A stretch of 64,000 nucleotides of DNA from a bacterium (GTDB lineage Bacteria; Patescibacteriota; Minisyncoccia; Ryanbacterales; GWA2-47-10b): positions 30,802-94,801 of the forward strand of contig JAQBTR010000002.1 in NCBI GenBank assembly GCA_027624915.1, in the 5' to 3' direction. Under the pieces are notes generated by a model, which worked only from the letters and a program-made list of their open reading frames with translations, was not told the origin of the DNA and searched no databases. A program made the translations under genes and the position numbers. Positions 56,591 to 64,000 of the stretch are shown here, piece by piece. Positions within the stretch are counted from its first letter, which is position 1; each line of letters starts with the position of its first letter.

Positions 56591-57106
56591 ATGGATTTCG
56601 ATTTAGCAGCAAATATTGCTCAAATAACTAGCGCCGTTGGTAACCCAGCGCTTGATATAGTTATCATTGTCTTTTTCTTGGCTGCCGGTTTTATTGCAGG
56701 ATCTTTTCAGGGGAGAAATAAGCTCATATCATTCGCACTCGCAAATTATATTACTCTTGCGCTTCAACCCATCATTATAGGACTTTTAAATGCTTACGGA
56801 CTTTTATTTACTCTTTATCGAGATCTAAGTATTTATTTGTTAATGCTTATTGTAGTCTATATGGTACTTGAGCGGACGATCTTTGAGCACGTTAGACTTA
56901 ATGTGTTGAGCTGGTGGAAATCATTTATAACAAGTTTTTCTGTAGTTGGATTTTTTGTCGCAGGCCTCTTGAATATCATGTCATTTCGGGGTATTATTGA
57001 GCTCTCACCAATTACCATTAGTTTGTTTGCGGGACCAACCGCATACTTATTTTGGGCATTGGTACCGCTTGCGGCATTTGCGTACATTGCACCCAAACAC
57101 TACTAA
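56591..57106 (+). CDS. hypothetical polytopic membrane protein
   Basis: 171-aa ORF with 5 predicted TM helices. Confidence 0.4.
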   Translation: MDFDLAANIAQITSAVGNPALDIVIIVFFLAAGFIAGSFQGRNKLISFALANYITLALQPIIIGLLNAYGLLFTLYRDLSIYLLMLIVVYMVLERTIFEHVRLNVLSWWKSFITSFSVVGFFVAGLLNIMSFRGIIELSPITISLFAGPTAYLFWALVPLAAFAYIAPKHY

Positions 57107-57126
57107 AATTTTATATCCGCCAACTT

Positions 57127-57160
57127 CGACGTTTTAGTCGGAGTCCCGACTAAAACGTCG
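57127..57160 (+). terminator. long perfect hairpin (15-bp stem), terminator-like
   Basis: cgacgttttagtcgg-agtc-ccgactaaaacgtcg. Confidence 0.5.
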
Positions 57161-57217
57161 GGATAGTCGGCAACGGTGTTTTCTATCCGCCCATTGCATA
57201 GACGTAGTGAACTTTGT

Positions 57218-57280
57218 CCGCCTGTAGCTCAGTCGGTGGAGGTGAGTCTTCTGGGAGAAGACGAACCACTTTTAAGGGGA
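57218..57280 (+). pseudogene. degenerate tRNA-Lys-like copy (first 22+ nt identical to tRNA-Lys, hairpin inserted between D-arm and anticodon loop)
   Basis: ccgcctgtagctcagtcggtggag + hairpin gtcttct-ggg-agaagac + ccacttttaagggga. Confidence 0.5.
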
Positions 57281-57321
57281 TTTGAAAATTTAATATAAAC
57301 TCGGATTATCGTTAGCAAAGT

Positions 57322-57394
57322 CCGCCTGTAGCTCAGTCGGTAGAGCAGCTCCCTTTTAAGGAGATGGTCGTAGGTTCGATTCCTACCAGGCGGA
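57322..57394 (+). tRNA. tRNA-Lys (anticodon TTT), CCA not encoded
   Basis: acceptor ccgcctg/caggcgg, D-arm gctcagtcggtagagc, anticodon loop cttttaa, T-loop ttcgatt. Confidence 0.8.
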
Positions 57395-57404
57395 CTTTGA
57401 ATGG

Positions 57405-57436
57405 GATAATCCGAGTTCGATTCCTACCAGGCGGAC
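57405..57436 (+). repeat. inverted repeat (gataatccgag, partner ctcggattatc at 57300-57310) followed by a 22-nt duplicate of the tRNA-Lys 3' end
   Basis: gttcgattcctaccaggcggac is identical to the tRNA-Lys T-arm/acceptor 3' region; 11-bp IR brackets the intact tRNA. Confidence 0.55.
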
Positions 57437-57454
57437 AAAATTCAGTACACTAAA

Positions 57455-57533
57455 ACTCAGTCGGTGGAGAATAGGAGACATAGCAGGTCTCCTATTCCAC
57501 TTTTAAGAAGCTAGCCGTAGGTTCAGGGCGGAC
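57455..57533 (+). pseudogene. second degenerate tRNA-Lys-like copy with inserted hairpin
   Basis: actcagtcggtggag + hairpin aataggagac-atagcag-gtctcctatt + ccacttttaagaag...ccgtaggttcagggcggac. Confidence 0.5.
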
Positions 57534-57711
57534 GGGGTGATATGGTCAAAAAAAGTGCTATTGTGGTTCTGAAGTACAAAAGGAGCTGAAATGGACATAG
57601 TATATGATATGCTTAGAATGATCGGTACGGTAGACTACCCTGGTAAAAAGTAATTAAATAGCAACAACTTTCAGAACCTCTTTTCTGGTGGTTAGAACTT
57701 TTATGTGAAAA

Positions 57712-57742
57712 TTCAACGGCTCATATATGAGCCGTTGAAAAT
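57712..57742. repeat. palindromic repeated element, copy 2 (ttcaacggctca-tatat-tgagccgttgaaaat)
   Basis: matches 51304-51334 except the loop; flanks also similar. Confidence 0.7.
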
Positions 57743-57752
57743 GAGCATGAGT

Positions 57753-57796
57753 AAAGCCCCGGGGCGCGAATGCCGCCGGGGCTTTGTGGTTTTGGG
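57753..57796. terminator. GC-rich hairpin terminator at the edge of the second GC-rich island
   Basis: aaagccccggggcgcgaatgccgccggggctttgtggtttt. Confidence 0.55.
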
Positions 57797-57815
57797 TCCG
57801 TAGGTTCACAGACCT

Positions 57816-57917
57816 CTAGAAGATGAAGAATGGAAGTACGATGGAGATCACGGAGAGTATGATGAGGCCAATGACAGCAGCCGTCATCTCTTCTCGCCCC
57901 TCTCGGTCTCTATTCAT
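57816..57917 (-). CDS. small hydrophobic peptide (33 aa), candidate
   Basis: MNRDREGREEMTAAVIGLIILSVISIVLPFFIF, one TM helix; lies in the GC-richer patch; below the ORF-track size cutoff. Confidence 0.3.
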   Translation of the reverse strand: MNRDREGREEMTAAVIGLIILSVISIVLPFFIF

Positions 57918-57932
57918 TACTTCTCCTTGTCG

Positions 57933-58046
57933 TCAGTGAAGACCGCTGATGCTACTCACGAACTTGAAAAGTCCGTAGCAGACGGTCGAAAAACAGATCG
58001 TGATCACCCACATCATTCTCCGCATTTCTTTCTCTTCTCTGCTCAT
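57933..58046 (-). CDS. small hydrophobic peptide (37 aa), candidate
   Basis: MSREEKEMRRMMWVITICFSTVCYGLFKFVSSISGLH, one TM helix; tandem with the previous one. Confidence 0.3.
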   Translation of the reverse strand: MSREEKEMRRMMWVITICFSTVCYGLFKFVSSISGLH

Positions 58047-58375
58047 GTGCACCTACCTCCGTTGTCGTTTCGAAGCACACAAGAAACCTCTCCACAGGAG
58101 ATCTTGATTTCGTAGACCTTCCTGTCGGCATGATTTACATGCCACGAAATGACGCTCGGAACTTCTCCCGGTAGCGCATCTCTAATTTCGTCTACCTTAG
58201 CAGAGTACGAAGACTCTCTATTCCAGATGAGCTCCTCGGCCCGTCGAAGTCGAGGTGCCGCCACCCAGTTGATCAGATTGTGGCACGCGACTCGGCTTGA
58301 ACGAACGTCGCCTAGATAGTCCAAAGCGAACCAAAGGCACATGAGAGCAACTGCAATGACTACAACCTTCTTCAT
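58043..58375 (-). CDS. small secreted protein (111 aa) encoded in a GC-richer patch
   Basis: start set at ATG 58375 with a GGAGGA RBS; signal peptide MKKVVVIAVALMCLWFAL; the 5' part of the longer track ORF is AT-rich and looks non-coding. Confidence 0.5.
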   Translation of the reverse strand: MKKVVVIAVALMCLWFALDYLGDVRSSRVACHNLINWVAAPRLRRAEELIWNRESSYSAKVDEIRDALPGEVPSVISWHVNHADRKVYEIKISCGEVSCVLRNDNGGRCT

Positions 58376-58676
58376 TCTTCCTCCAGTTGTGAACATGACT
58401 ACCATGGTCACGTGATTTGTACGGTTTGGGACTATTATACTACTTTTAAGGTATTTGTCAATCCTAAAACTAAGGTTGCTGTACAATATCATTTCCACTG
58501 CATTTCCCATTATTTTGGCTACATCCCAATAAAAATTTCTCTCCAATACCCAAGGCATTAAGTTCAAAATTTTTAGCTGTGACTCGCTCAAAATAATGAA
58601 AATTCACAAGGAAAGCATCTGGTACAACAAGCTCTGTACCTACCAAGCATTTTGAGCTTTTGTTAATCTCTACTTA

Positions 58677-59798
58677 ATGCGAAAAAATAACCTGCGAACT
58701 TGGGTAGAGGTAGACACTAAGGCCCTCGAAAAAAATTATCGTATCTTTCGGAGACTCACGGGTCGCAAAACAGCCTTGATGGCAGTTGCTAAGTCCAACG
58801 CGTATGGCCATTCTCTTCATGATTTTGCGCGAGTCATGCAAAAGTTTGGCGTGGATTGGATTGGGGCCGACTCTATAACAGAAGCTATAGCGCTACGCGA
58901 AGCAAAGATAAAGAAGCCGTTACTTGTGTTGGGCCATACCTTGCCTTTGAGATATAAAGAAGCTGCCGAAAATAATATCAGTGTTACTGTCTCCACACAC
59001 GAAGCGTTAGATGCAATCGTAAAGAAAACATTTTCTAAACCACTAAAGATCCACCTCAAAATAGACACGGGTATGTCGAGACAGGGGTTTTTTGTAGAAG
59101 ACTTGCCAGAAGTATTTGCAGAGCTCTCTCACAAGAAAGACAAAATAAAATTTGAAGGCATCTATACGCATTTTGCAGCTGCCAAAAACCCATCCTTTCC
59201 TTTTGATACACACAAACAGCTTGAGGTTTTTGACCGTGCCCTTAAGGCGGCCGAATTTGCTGGATTTAAAAATCTGATACGACATGCGGCCGCCACATCC
59301 GGCCTCATCGTGTTTCCAGAATCGAAGTTTGATATGGCACGTGTGGGGATTGGTATGTATGGTCTGTGGCCATCACGCGAAGTCGAAGCTGCTTTTTCTG
59401 ACCGAATAAAATTACAACCAGCTCTTACTTGGAAGGCTATTATTGGCGAGACCAAGACTCTCACAAAAGGAAGTGGCGTTGGGTACGACTTCACCGAAAA
59501 AGTTCAAAATGATATGCGCGTAGCCATTATTCCTATTGGGTATTGGCATGGATACCCACGAAAACTTTCAAGTATAGGCAGGGTAATAATAAAAGGTGGA
59601 GTAGCTCGCGTTGTTGGGCGTGTTTCAATGGACATGATTGTTGTCGATATTAGTGGTGTACCAAGCACTAAGGTGGGGGACGAGGTGATATTACTTGGAA
59701 AGGGCTTTTCGGCTGATGATTTTGCACTACTTTCTGATACAATAAACTATGAAGCGGTAACACAAATTAATCCTTTGATCCACCGCTTCTATAATTGA
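58677..59798 (+). CDS. alr: alanine racemase (PLP-dependent)
   Basis: PLP-lysine motif VAKSNAYGHS and alanine racemase N- and C-domain similarity. Confidence 0.85.
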   Translation: MRKNNLRTWVEVDTKALEKNYRIFRRLTGRKTALMAVAKSNAYGHSLHDFARVMQKFGVDWIGADSITEAIALREAKIKKPLLVLGHTLPLRYKEAAENNISVTVSTHEALDAIVKKTFSKPLKIHLKIDTGMSRQGFFVEDLPEVFAELSHKKDKIKFEGIYTHFAAAKNPSFPFDTHKQLEVFDRALKAAEFAGFKNLIRHAAATSGLIVFPESKFDMARVGIGMYGLWPSREVEAAFSDRIKLQPALTWKAIIGETKTLTKGSGVGYDFTEKVQNDMRVAIIPIGYWHGYPRKLSSIGRVIIKGGVARVVGRVSMDMIVVDISGVPSTKVGDEVILLGKGFSADDFALLSDTINYEAVTQINPLIHRFYN

Positions 59799-59884
59799 AA
59801 GTGAGGAGCGAATGAAAGTTTACTTTCATATCGTCCGAACGCATCAATTATATATTTATATACATATAATCTATACAAACATTT

Positions 59885-60164
59885 GTGGAAACAAAACAAT
59901 TTCAAAAACGTGTTGAGGATTTTGTATGTGAAAGGTGTGGCAATAAAATGACAGGTACTGGTTATACGAATCACTGCTCATGTAGATGAGAACCCCGGTG
60001 ATCGAGAGTCTCTATGTCACGGAATGATGGAACCCACAAGTGTCGACAAAAAAGGTGATGAGTACGTAATACAACATGTATGCAAGACATGCGGAAAAAT
60101 TATAAACAACAAGTCTGTACCCAACGACAATTTCGATATCATAATAGAGTTATCAAATAAATGA
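59885..60164 (+). pseudogene. possible frameshifted small zinc-ribbon protein gene
   Basis: frame 1 gives ...FVCERCGNKMTGTGYTNHCSCR*; after an apparent +1 shift near 59975-59990 the other frame continues ...CHGMMEP...HVCKTCGKII... to a stop at 60162. Confidence 0.25.
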
Positions 60165-60177
60165 GCTTAACAAAGGC

Positions 60178-60984
60178 GTGAGTATATTTTTAAAGGAGAT
60201 CCTTTACAACGGGCATTTACAATCGCTGGGAGTTGCTGGCCTTGTGTATATTTCTGGTGTCTATCTTTCAGTTGAGACACCGTTCATCGTCTATCTTTTG
60301 GTGTACAGTCTATTTCAGCTTATCTACAGGTTCGATGCTTTTTATGGAATGGCGCGTGATGAGTTAACTAACCATGCTCGTGTCGGATACTTGGGGTCGC
60401 ACAAAAGTTGGGCATACTCTGGTTTTTCCCTGTTCTTTATAATTTTTGTAAGTATTCTTGTGGTATCAAATGCGGGTACGATTTTGATATCTCTAGCGGT
60501 TCTTACGGCAGGAATCCTCTATCCGGTTATATTTAAAGACCTATCAAAATATATACCTCTTTTTAAGGATATATATGTATCAAGCGTGTTTGCCTTTTTT
60601 ACCATATTTCCTTTTATTGCCCTTGATATACCACTAAAAACATCTCTTGATATAAAATTACTGGCTTTGTTTGTTTTTCTTGAGTCTATGATTATGCAAA
60701 GCCTCTTAGATTTAAAAGACCTGGAGGGTGATTCACGCGATGAGTTAAAAACATTACCTGTATTACTTGGGTTTAACCGAACAGTTTTTGTGCTCACTCT
60801 TGCAAGCGTTGTCGTCCTACTCTTTTTTGGACTCACTCCACTACTTGTATTAGCAGTACCGGCACTCGTACTTAATCTTTTGTCAATTTATTTGATTACC
60901 AGTCAAAGGCGTTTTGGGTACACAGTAGCCGCATTTAAATTTATTGTTTTGGCTAGCTTATTTCTCTGGGCTCAATTCGTATGA
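60178..60984 (+). CDS. UbiA-family-like polytopic membrane prenyltransferase (tentative)
   Basis: 7-8 TM helices; Asp-rich motifs FDAFYGMARDELTN and DLKDLEGDSRDELKTLP resemble the two UbiA motifs. Confidence 0.45.
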   Translation: MSIFLKEILYNGHLQSLGVAGLVYISGVYLSVETPFIVYLLVYSLFQLIYRFDAFYGMARDELTNHARVGYLGSHKSWAYSGFSLFFIIFVSILVVSNAGTILISLAVLTAGILYPVIFKDLSKYIPLFKDIYVSSVFAFFTIFPFIALDIPLKTSLDIKLLALFVFLESMIMQSLLDLKDLEGDSRDELKTLPVLLGFNRTVFVLTLASVVVLLFFGLTPLLVLAVPALVLNLLSIYLITSQRRFGYTVAAFKFIVLASLFLWAQFV

Positions 60985-62627
60985 TGTCTTTTTTTGAAAT
61001 AGGAACTGTAAACTTGCCGTTTTTTAACCAACTTGCCGTTTTAGTTATTAATATTGTTGGAATTTCACTAGTTCTTACAGTTGTTAACCACTTGTCATTT
61101 AGGGAGCGCATTACAAAGCTATTTATAGGCCTTGGTATTTTGATGCTGACCTGGATTGATTTTGCATACCTTGCGCGTTTAATTGGAGACAACAGTCTCT
61201 ACTGGTCAGAACTTTTCTTGCGAATTGCATGGATTGTGACGCCCCTTTTCTTTGCTTTCGTCTATTTGATAACAATTGACATACTCGGCCGTACAAAGCA
61301 GTACAGCTATCTAAATAACGGAGTAATATTTATTGGGCTCTCACTTAGCGTAGTAACTGCATTTACTGACGTAATAGTTTCAGGTGTGCAATTCTCCAGT
61401 GGTAACCTAGACATTCTTTACGGAGACGGATTTTATGTTTTTTTGGGAGCTATCCTTTTTATCATAATCGCAACCCTTATTCCGCTTTTTAGAGCGGATG
61501 TAGCACCAGACAGAAAAAATCGTGTGAGAGCGTTTGTGACAGGCATCGTGATATTTTATGTTGCCAACTTCATCTTTAATATCTTGCTCCCAGCGTTTTT
61601 GAACATTACACACCTATATTTCTTTGGCGACTATTCTCTGGTCTTTGTGGTTGGGCTCACAAGCTATGCGATACTCAAATATCAATTCTTAAATATTCGT
61701 GTAATTGGTACCGAACTCATTACGCTTACTCTTTGGCTCACTCTTTTTGTTCGAGCTCTTACTTCAGAAAATACACAGGATGGAATTATCAACACCAGTA
61801 TTTTGGTACTTGCTGTTATCCTTGGAATTTTACTTATCCGATCTGTTTTGGATGAGGTAAAAACACGTGAACGTATGCAAAAACTTGCACTGGACTTAGA
61901 TGTTGCAAACCACGATTTGAAACGCCTTGATCAAGCAAAGTCTGATTTTATTTCAATCGCCTCACACCAGTTGAGGACACCCCTGTCTATCATCAAGGGG
62001 TATATTTCGATGATTAGAGAGGGAACCTTTGGTGAATATGGGGAGTCGCTAAAAGACCCTATACATAAAGTATATGTATCAACAGAGCGATTGATAACAC
62101 TTGTAAGTGACCTTTTAGATTTGTCTCGTATGGAGCGAGGAAAAATGCAGTATAGTTTTCAAATTGTAAACATCATGGATGTCTTGGAGGGTCTTGTTAG
62201 TGACTTCGAGATTGTTGCTCGAGACAAGGGCCTTCAATTTATCTGGCGACCAGAGGACGTTACTTCAAAAATAAAGGGTGATCCAAATAAACTAAGGCAG
62301 GTTGTCCTCAACCTTATTGATAACGCAGTAAAATATACACGCGTTGGTAGCGTTACAGTAAAACTTTGGGAAGAAAAAGATTTTATAAAATTCTCTGTAA
62401 CAGATACAGGTCCTGGGCTGACCGAAGAAGAGGCAAATAAACTTTTTAAAAAGTTTATTCGTGGCCCAGAAGAATCCAAAGGACATACTGAAGGACTCGG
62501 ACTCGGACTGTATGTTGCTCGTTTGATAACAGAGGCACATGGTGGTGGTCTTTCGGTGACATCTCCTGGAAAGGGTCAAGGAGCGACCTTCATGCTCAGC
62601 CTTCCGACATACACCAGCTCCGATTAA
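60981..62627 (+). CDS. sensor histidine kinase with N-terminal 7-TM sensor domain
   Basis: H-box HQLRTPLS, N-box LIDNAVKYT, G1 DTGPGL, G2 GLGLGLYV; N-terminal polytopic membrane domain. Confidence 0.8.
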   Translation: MMSFFEIGTVNLPFFNQLAVLVINIVGISLVLTVVNHLSFRERITKLFIGLGILMLTWIDFAYLARLIGDNSLYWSELFLRIAWIVTPLFFAFVYLITIDILGRTKQYSYLNNGVIFIGLSLSVVTAFTDVIVSGVQFSSGNLDILYGDGFYVFLGAILFIIIATLIPLFRADVAPDRKNRVRAFVTGIVIFYVANFIFNILLPAFLNITHLYFFGDYSLVFVVGLTSYAILKYQFLNIRVIGTELITLTLWLTLFVRALTSENTQDGIINTSILVLAVILGILLIRSVLDEVKTRERMQKLALDLDVANHDLKRLDQAKSDFISIASHQLRTPLSIIKGYISMIREGTFGEYGESLKDPIHKVYVSTERLITLVSDLLDLSRMERGKMQYSFQIVNIMDVLEGLVSDFEIVARDKGLQFIWRPEDVTSKIKGDPNKLRQVVLNLIDNAVKYTRVGSVTVKLWEEKDFIKFSVTDTGPGLTEEEANKLFKKFIRGPEESKGHTEGLGLGLYVARLITEAHGGGLSVTSPGKGQGATFMLSLPTYTSSD

Positions 62628-62671
62628 TCGGTATACCAAAAAGAAGGCACTTTTGCTATGATGAGCTTATT

Positions 62672-64000
62672 ATGGCTCGAATTGCACTAGCAGATTGCCC
62701 AGATAAGGCGGGCAAAAAAGTAGAAGTGTCTGGATGGATTGATATTCGTCGAGACCATGGAAAACTTATATTTGTTGATTTGCGTGACGAAAGCGGGATT
62801 ATTCAGGCTGTAGTTACACCAAAACAAGAAGAAGCCCACAAAATAGCTGCCGAAATTCGTCCAGAGTGGGTGGTAACCCTAAGAGGGCTTATCAAGGAAC
62901 GACCAGAGGGTATGCGAAATAAAAACATACCAACAGGGAGTATCGAATTAGAAGTTCACGAGATTGAAGTGCTCAATGAGGCTGAAACTCCTCCATTTGA
63001 GATTTCAGGGGATGCGTATGACATATCCGAAGAAGTTCGGTTGCAATATAGATATATAGACTTAAGACGAGCGCGGTTACAAAAAAACCTTCGATTACGA
63101 TCAGATTTCTCACATAAGGTAAGACAGTATTTGCATGGCGAGGGCTTTACCGAAATCGAAACACCAAATTTTACCAAATCCACACCCGAGGGTTCACGGG
63201 ACTTTTTGGTACCCTCACGAATGCAACCGGGGCACTTTTATGCGCTCCCACAAAGCCCTCAGCAGTATAAACAACTTCTCATGTCGAGTGGCTTTGAAAA
63301 GTACTTTCAGTTAGCTCGATGTTTTAGAGATGAGGACCTCCGTGCTGACCGTTCGTTTGAACATACACAAGTTGATATGGAAATGAGTTTTGTAACTCGC
63401 GAACAAATAATGAAAGTTGTCGAAGATATGTACACTTCGGTCTGTGAAGACATGGGATACAAGATTAAAGAAAAACCTTTTCCTGTATTTACATACGCTG
63501 AGGCCATAAAAAAACACGGTGCTGACAAATTTGACCTCCGCGAAAACGAAAAAGAAAGTGGGATTCTCGCTTTTGCTTGGGTGATAGATTTTCCACTCTT
63601 CGAAAAGACTGATGACGACACGTGGACGTACAGCCACAATCCGTTTACTGGCCCAAAGCCAGAAGATGAAGAAAAATTAGCATCTGGAAAAGATATAGAA
63701 AAAATTATCTCACAGCAGTGCGACCTCGTTTGTAATGGCCATGAAGTTGGAGGTGGTGGAATACGAATTAATAAAGCTGAATTATTACAGAAGGTTTTTG
63801 AAATAATTGGACACTCACCAGAAAAAGTAGATGAGCAATTCGGTCACATACTCACAGCATTTAAACATGGTGCGCCACCAGAGGGTGGTATGGGGTTAGG
63901 TCTTGATAGAATGGTTGCGATTCTTGCGGGTGAGGTCTCACTGCGTGAAGTTCAGGCTTTTCCAACTACGTCAGGTGGACGAACTGCAGTTATGGAGGCT
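62672..64000 (+). CDS. aspS: aspartyl-tRNA synthetase (3'-truncated by the window end)
   Basis: N-terminal OB anticodon-binding domain and class II motifs (FRDEDLRADR, GGGGIRINK..., GLGLDRMV); not in the track because it runs off the end. Confidence 0.85.
   Translation, partial: MARIALADCPDKAGKKVEVSGWIDIRRDHGKLIFVDLRDESGIIQAVVTPKQEEAHKIAAEIRPEWVVTLRGLIKERPEGMRNKNIPTGSIELEVHEIEVLNEAETPPFEISGDAYDISEEVRLQYRYIDLRRARLQKNLRLRSDFSHKVRQYLHGEGFTEIETPNFTKSTPEGSRDFLVPSRMQPGHFYALPQSPQQYKQLLMSSGFEKYFQLARCFRDEDLRADRSFEHTQVDMEMSFVTREQIMKVVEDMYTSVCEDMGYKIKEKPFPVFTYAEAIKKHGADKFDLRENEKESGILAFAWVIDFPLFEKTDDDTWTYSHNPFTGPKPEDEEKLASGKDIEKIISQQCDLVCNGHEVGGGGIRINKAELLQKVFEIIGHSPEKVDEQFGHILTAFKHGAPPEGGMGLGLDRMVAILAGEVSLREVQAFPTTSGGRTAVMEA

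Noticed and set aside
58376-58591. 5' part of the minus-strand ORF 58043..58591
   Set aside because: It is AT-rich and lacks an RBS, whereas the internal ATG at 58375 has a GGAGGA RBS and begins a signal peptide. The gene is shortened accordingly.
1-64000. Antisense or shadow ORFs in the track, for example 240-431(-), 1114-1455(-), 1589-1942(-), 20226-20570(-), 25062-25397(-), 30121-30630(-), 53256-53765(-), 53832-54146(-), 43064-43489(-), 5854-6261(-), 42057-42560(-), 36125-36466(-)
   Set aside because: They lie inside well-supported genes on the opposite strand and have low-complexity or atypical composition, so they are not called.

Overview
The window is about 40% GC bacterial chromosomal DNA, with compact, often overlapping genes and several unusually short housekeeping proteins (EF-Ts 152 aa, HrcA 217 aa, AlaRS 587 aa, a class I release factor lacking domain 1). 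This pattern fits a reduced-genome bacterium, possibly of the Candidate Phyla Radiation (CPR)/Patescibacteria; that placement is inference only. TGA is used as a stop codon.

Core content, mostly on the + strand:
- Central carbon metabolism: a split transketolase (N- and C-subunit genes), a PfkB sugar kinase, class II fructose-bisphosphate aldolase and a D-2-hydroxyacid dehydrogenase.
- Ribosomal and translation genes: rplY, prfA-like with rpmE, rpsB-tsf, rpmG, and infA-rpmJ-rpsM-rpsK-rpsD-rpoA-rplQ followed by rplM-rpsI.
- Redox and Fe-S genes: an NDH-2-like oxidoreductase, a peroxiredoxin, an arsR-nifS-nifU-ferredoxin cluster, a putative Fe/Mn superoxide dismutase and an Nfu-like protein.
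- Stress and proteostasis genes: htrA, clpB, and a CIRCE-controlled hrcA-grpE-dnaK-(membrane protein)-dnaJ operon.
- Other housekeeping genes: gpt-like, guaB, mnmA, a short alaS, an alr (alanine racemase), a sensor histidine kinase, a partial aspS and six tRNA genes.

Accessory and unusual content:
- Two GC-rich islands (about 13540-14135 and 57745-58380) encode small secreted Cys-containing proteins.
- A third island with shifted composition (29170-32430) carries an 878-aa metallophosphoesterase-motif protein and a SprT-like metalloprotease, next to a tRNA cluster.
- An FAD-oxidoreductase/Rieske/heme-type transmembrane domain/DM13 fusion protein.
- A cluster of a SET-domain protein, two secreted cupredoxin-like Cys-repeat paralogs, two FemAB/GNAT-like paralogs and a divergent PurD-like enzyme.
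- Several families of tRNA-flanking repeated structured elements and partial tRNA duplications.
- A tandem 26-bp repeat, a highly structured inverted-repeat element, and two short repeat families each present in two copies.
- No CRISPR array, rRNA gene, transposase or integrase was recognised.
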